This document shows, one piece after another, positions 18,645 to 21,789 of a DNA stretch of 21,789 nt. The notes under the pieces are model-generated. The model was not told the origin of the DNA. It did no database searches and saw only the letters and a program-made list of their open reading frames with translations. The stretch is taken from the NCBI GenBank assembly GCA_964248365.1, contig CAXTYC010000055.1, forward strand, positions 1 through 21,789. Reading direction: 5' to 3'. A program made the translations under genes and the position numbers. How positions within the stretch are numbered: the stretch's first letter is position 1; each line of letters begins with the position of its first letter. This stretch comes from an uncultured Chroococcidiopsis sp. GTDB taxonomy: Bacteria > Cyanobacteriota > Cyanobacteriia > Cyanobacteriales > Chroococcidiopsidaceae.

Positions 18645-18818
18645 CCTCACATCTTGCACCTGCCTCTTCACCCGCTTTTGAATTCAAATTCAAAAGCTAA
18701 TAGCCCAAATGCTCTCAAGAGGATTGCTCGCGGCATTGAGTCCATTTTAATGGACTTGAGTTACTTGCTGTGGAAATTAATTTTCTTGCGGTCGAGAGCG
18801 ATGGTGCAAGATCTAAGC
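18645..18818. mobile_element. MITE-like element (174 bp) with imperfect TIRs, TA flanks and internal hairpins
   Basis: CCTCACATCTTGCACC (18645-18660) matches the reverse complement of GGTGCAAGATCTAAGC (18803-18818) at 13/16. TA lies immediately outside both ends. Internal perfect stems at 18674-18697 and 18739-18756. Confidence 0.55.
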
Positions 18819-18949
18819 TACCCCTGCACGAATTACTCAATGGGTTGCTAGATCGTTCGCTGTCAACCCCGCACCTGTTTAATTTTTTTCGGTTGCCAGA
18901 CTGACACGGGCGATCGCACTATAAGAATAATCTATAGTGACCCGATGCG

Positions 18950-20341
18950 ATGCAGGCGGTTGATATTTTAATTCTGTCCAATGGTCCTGGGGAAGTAACT
19001 ACCTGGGTGCGCCCCTTGGTGCAAGCTTTGCGCCAACAACTCGGTGACGATCGCTCTATGGTACGTATTTCCGTCGTGCTATCGCCGTGTCCAAATGCAA
19101 GTGGAAAAGAAGCAGCGATCGCACAGAGTTATCCTCAAGTAGACAGAGTACAGTCAGCAAAACATTTTTGGCAATTTTTACTGTTAGGTAAAACGGCAGA
19201 AAATTGGGACTGGAGAACCAAGGGTGTAGTTCTATTCTTGGGTGGCGATCAACTATTCCCTGTTTTAATTAGCAAACACCTAGGTTATCGTACCGTAGTT
19301 TATGCTGAGTGGGATACCCGCTGGCATCGCTGGATTGATCGATTTGGCATAATGAAACCAGATTTAATCGATCGCGTACCGCCAAAATATGCCCATAAAC
19401 TAACAGTAGTAGGGGATTTGATGGCAGAAGCCTCTTACCAATTACCAACTACCAATTACCATACAAGCGGGTTTATCAGACATACTTGTGAACCTCCAGA
19501 TACTCGTTTAAACCCGCCCCTACCAAGTACGGGCGGGTTTATCAGACATACTTGTGAACCTCCAGATACTCGTTTAAACCCACCCCTACCAACTACCAAT
19601 TTACCTGTTTCTACCGAGTTGATTGGTTTGTTACCAGGATCAAAGGCTGCCAAACTCGCTCAAGGAGTACCTTTCGTTTTAGCGATCGCCCAACACATCC
19701 ATCAGCAACGACCACAAACTCGATTTGTGATTCCGGTTGCACCAACTTTAGATATACAAACTTTAGCTGATTTTGCCAATCCCCAAAAAAACCCAATCAT
19801 TCAAACAGTGGGAGGTTCCACCGCCGAACTTATCGTTGATCCTAACCTACCCCATCCCATGCTCAAAACACCTGCTGGAGTGTGTGTAGAACTATGGACG
19901 CGATCGCCTGCCTATGATTTACTATCCCAGTGCAGCCTCTGTTTAACTACAGTAGGAGCAAATACAGCCGAATTGGGTGCTTTAGCCATACCCATGATTG
20001 TTTTGTTACCTACCCACCAACTTGATGCAATGCGAGCTTGGGATGGAATTCCTGGGCTACTTGCAAATTTACCCCTAGTTGGAACTAGCATGGCAAAGGC
20101 AATTAACTGGCTTGCTTTGAGGCGGCTTGGGTTATTAGCATGGCCTAATATTTGGGCTTCGTCACAAGTAGTACCGGAGTTAGTAGGCAAACTCCAACCG
20201 CAAACTGTAGCCGAATTTGCCCTAGACTTTTTGAATCACCCAGAGAAACTTGAAGAAATGCGATCGCACTTACGTAGCATTCGAGGTGAACCAGGTGCAG
20301 CAAACAAGCTAGCAACTTTGGTATGTGAACAATTGCAGTAA
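18950..20341 (+). CDS. Lipid-A-disaccharide synthase-like (LpxB-related GT-B) protein with an in-frame repeat insertion
   Basis: ILILSNGPGEVTTWVRP, VVGDLM, IGLLPGSK, TTVGANTAEL, AWPNIWA...VVPEL. Cyanobacterial/plant LpxB-like family; activity not certain. Confidence 0.8.
   Translation: MQAVDILILSNGPGEVTTWVRPLVQALRQQLGDDRSMVRISVVLSPCPNASGKEAAIAQSYPQVDRVQSAKHFWQFLLLGKTAENWDWRTKGVVLFLGGDQLFPVLISKHLGYRTVVYAEWDTRWHRWIDRFGIMKPDLIDRVPPKYAHKLTVVGDLMAEASYQLPTTNYHTSGFIRHTCEPPDTRLNPPLPSTGGFIRHTCEPPDTRLNPPLPTTNLPVSTELIGLLPGSKAAKLAQGVPFVLAIAQHIHQQRPQTRFVIPVAPTLDIQTLADFANPQKNPIIQTVGGSTAELIVDPNLPHPMLKTPAGVCVELWTRSPAYDLLSQCSLCLTTVGANTAELGALAIPMIVLLPTHQLDAMRAWDGIPGLLANLPLVGTSMAKAINWLALRRLGLLAWPNIWASSQVVPELVGKLQPQTVAEFALDFLNHPEKLEEMRSHLRSIRGEPGAANKLATLVCEQLQ
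19435..19605. repeat. Two tandem 63-bp REP-armed hairpin units (66-bp period) nested in a (T/C)TACCAA heptamer array
   Basis: Unit 1 at 19461-19523, unit 2 at 19527-19589. Arms GTACGGGCGGGTTT...AAACCC(G/A)CCCCTAC around an identical 35-nt spacer. Heptamers flank both sides. Confidence 0.9.
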
Positions 20342-20389
20342 TCGAACTTATAACGCCCTGCTCTTTGGCAATTTAGGAACTCCCCTTGT

Positions 20390-20458
20390 CTATTCAAATC
20401 CCCCTAGCGTCGGCAATGCCCACCTATTCAAATTCCCTTAGCGTGGGCAATGCCCACC
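20390..20458. repeat. 34-bp tandem duplication containing a REP core
   Basis: CTATTCAAATCCCCCTAGCGTCGGCAATGCCCAC followed by CTATTCAAATTCCCTTAGCGTGGGCAATGCCCAC. The core matches the REP at 9718. Confidence 0.75.
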
Positions 20459-20723
20459 TCAAACCTTGCCTATTTAAGTAAATTCCCTTGTATATTCAAA
20501 TTTACTATTTGTGATCGCCCATTATTTCCACTAATTACTAACTACTTAATAACTATCTTACAGTAAAACCACTAAATTTATAAAGTTTAATCTAAGAATT
20601 ATTCACAACTTATTAATAAAAACAGTAAATTTACTGACTTGAGATAAAACAGTAGATTTACAAATGCTTCAAAATAACTGCTGAGCCACACTTGAACATG
20701 AAAAAGCTATGAAGTTTTGAAGT

Positions 20724-21789
20724 ATGTCCAGGCTGCTAATTAGTCAATACCACGCAGACTTATAAAAAATAATCCAATATGGCGGTTCGCGTAAAGAAAC
20801 TGCTATTAGGACACCCTTTCAAAACTTACTTAACGAATATTGCAAACCAAGAGAATTTCAACTTATTCCAGAACTAGATTATAAGACCAGGAACGGAAAA
20901 ATTATTCGTCCCGACGGCACAGTGAAAGATGCTTTAAGGTTAGATTGGGGATATTGGGAAAGTAAAGATCAATACGACAACTTAGCTCAAGAAATTGATA
21001 AAAAGCTTTCTAAAGGATATCCAGATAGTAATATTCTATTTGAAGATTCCCAAACAGCAGTTTTAATTCAAAATGGAAGCGAGATCATGCGTGTTTCCAT
21101 GCAAAATGAGGAAGCGCTAGATGGAATACTCAACCATTTTATTAATTATATTCGCCCTGAAGTCAAAGATTTTCGAGCAGCCATTGAAACATTTAAGCAA
21201 GACTTACCGACAATCTTAAATTCGCTGCGAGACATGATTGAGCAGCAATAAGAAACGAATGTACAATTTAGAGAATGTCGAAATAACTTTTGGGAAATAT
21301 GCAAAACTTCAATTAACCCCGAAGTCACATTACTAGATGTGCGGGAAATGATGATTCAGCATATTCTAACTGAAGATATTTTTATCAATATATTTAACGA
21401 AGCACAGTTTCATAGAGAAAATAACATTGTTCGTGAATTACAAAGAGTAATAGATACCTTTTTTACAGGTAGTACTAAAAAAAATATTCTCGCTACAGTT
21501 GAGCGATACTATGGAGTAATTAGAATAACTGCTGCTAATATCTATAATCATCATGAAAAGCAAAAGTTTCTAAAGGCTGTTTACGAAAACTTCTATAAAG
21601 CATATAATCCGAAATCTGCCGACAGGTTGGGCATCGTTTAAACTCCTAATGAAATTGTGCGTTTCATGATTGAAAGTGTAGATTATTTAACGCATAAACA
21701 TTTTGGCAAGCTATTAGCAGATAAAAATGTGGAGATTTTAGATCCTGCAACTGGTACAGGCACTTTCATTACTGAATTAATCGAATATT
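20724..21789 (+). pseudogene. Fused restriction endonuclease / N6-adenine methyltransferase (Type IIG / Type ISP-like), three in-frame TAA, runs off window
   Basis: One frame from ATG 20724 reads ...IIQYGGSRKETAIR...RPDGTVKD...YWESKD (PD-(D/E)xK-like), ...NFYKAYNPKSADRLGIV*TPNEIVRFM...EILDPATGTGTF (MTase motifs X and I). TAA at 20763, 21249 and 21639. Confidence 0.88.

Larger units (their letters stand above)
1178..20267. repeat. Dispersed HIP1 octamers (GCGATCGC)
   Basis: At least 22 counted by eye, e.g. 1178, 4554, 5487, 5662, 5750, 6360, 6535, 6975, 7704, 9454, 9682, 12543, 13578, 13605, 14546, 15488, 16215, 18910, 19115, 19682, 19900, 20260. Confidence 0.9.

Noticed and set aside
18654..18851. 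65-aa track ORF
   Set aside because: TTG start, lies across the palindromic MITE-like element, no protein motif.
19461..19589. Repeat-spacer-repeat pattern as a mini CRISPR array
   Set aside because: The spacers are identical, the arms are inverted REP-type, it lies in a coding frame, and no cas genes are present.
1335..21641. Stop-codon reassignment as the explanation for the in-frame TAA/TAG codons
   Set aside because: Intact genes end in TAA (desA, chlH), TAG and TGA at expected positions, and the stops appear to replace different residues (E, Y, probably K).

Overview
Cyanobacterial chromosomal window: it carries chlH and desA, at least 22 HIP1 GCGATCGC octamers, heptameric STRR arrays and GTAG-type REP palindromes. 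The left ~5 kb is accessory and decaying. It holds an IS5/ISL2-group remnant, a PotD-like binding-protein pseudogene cut off by two stacked IS1 right ends, then a PepSY gene with one internal TAG, two COG4705/DUF347 membrane paralogs and a DUF2127-like gene. The PepSY gene and both COG4705 genes are each preceded by the same promoter element, TCTT(T/C)-type 11-bp direct repeat + exactly 10 nt + TAnnnT, suggesting an uncharacterised OmpR/PhoB-type regulon. The middle is mostly core: a two-domain peptide ABC ATPase, a Pat/YncA-like GNAT, desA, a secreted Pro/Gln-repeat protein, a zinc-ribbon pseudogene, Uma2, chlH, two tandem 'NPDV-repeat'/RTX-like paralogs (first frameshifted), a THUMP rRNA methyltransferase, a structured MITE-like element, and an LpxB-like gene with two REP-hairpin units inserted in frame. 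The right end is a Type IIG/ISP-like restriction-modification gene with three in-frame TAA stops. Across four pseudogenes there are seven in-frame nonsense codons and no frameshift. Family assignments come from motif recognition only; no database search was run.
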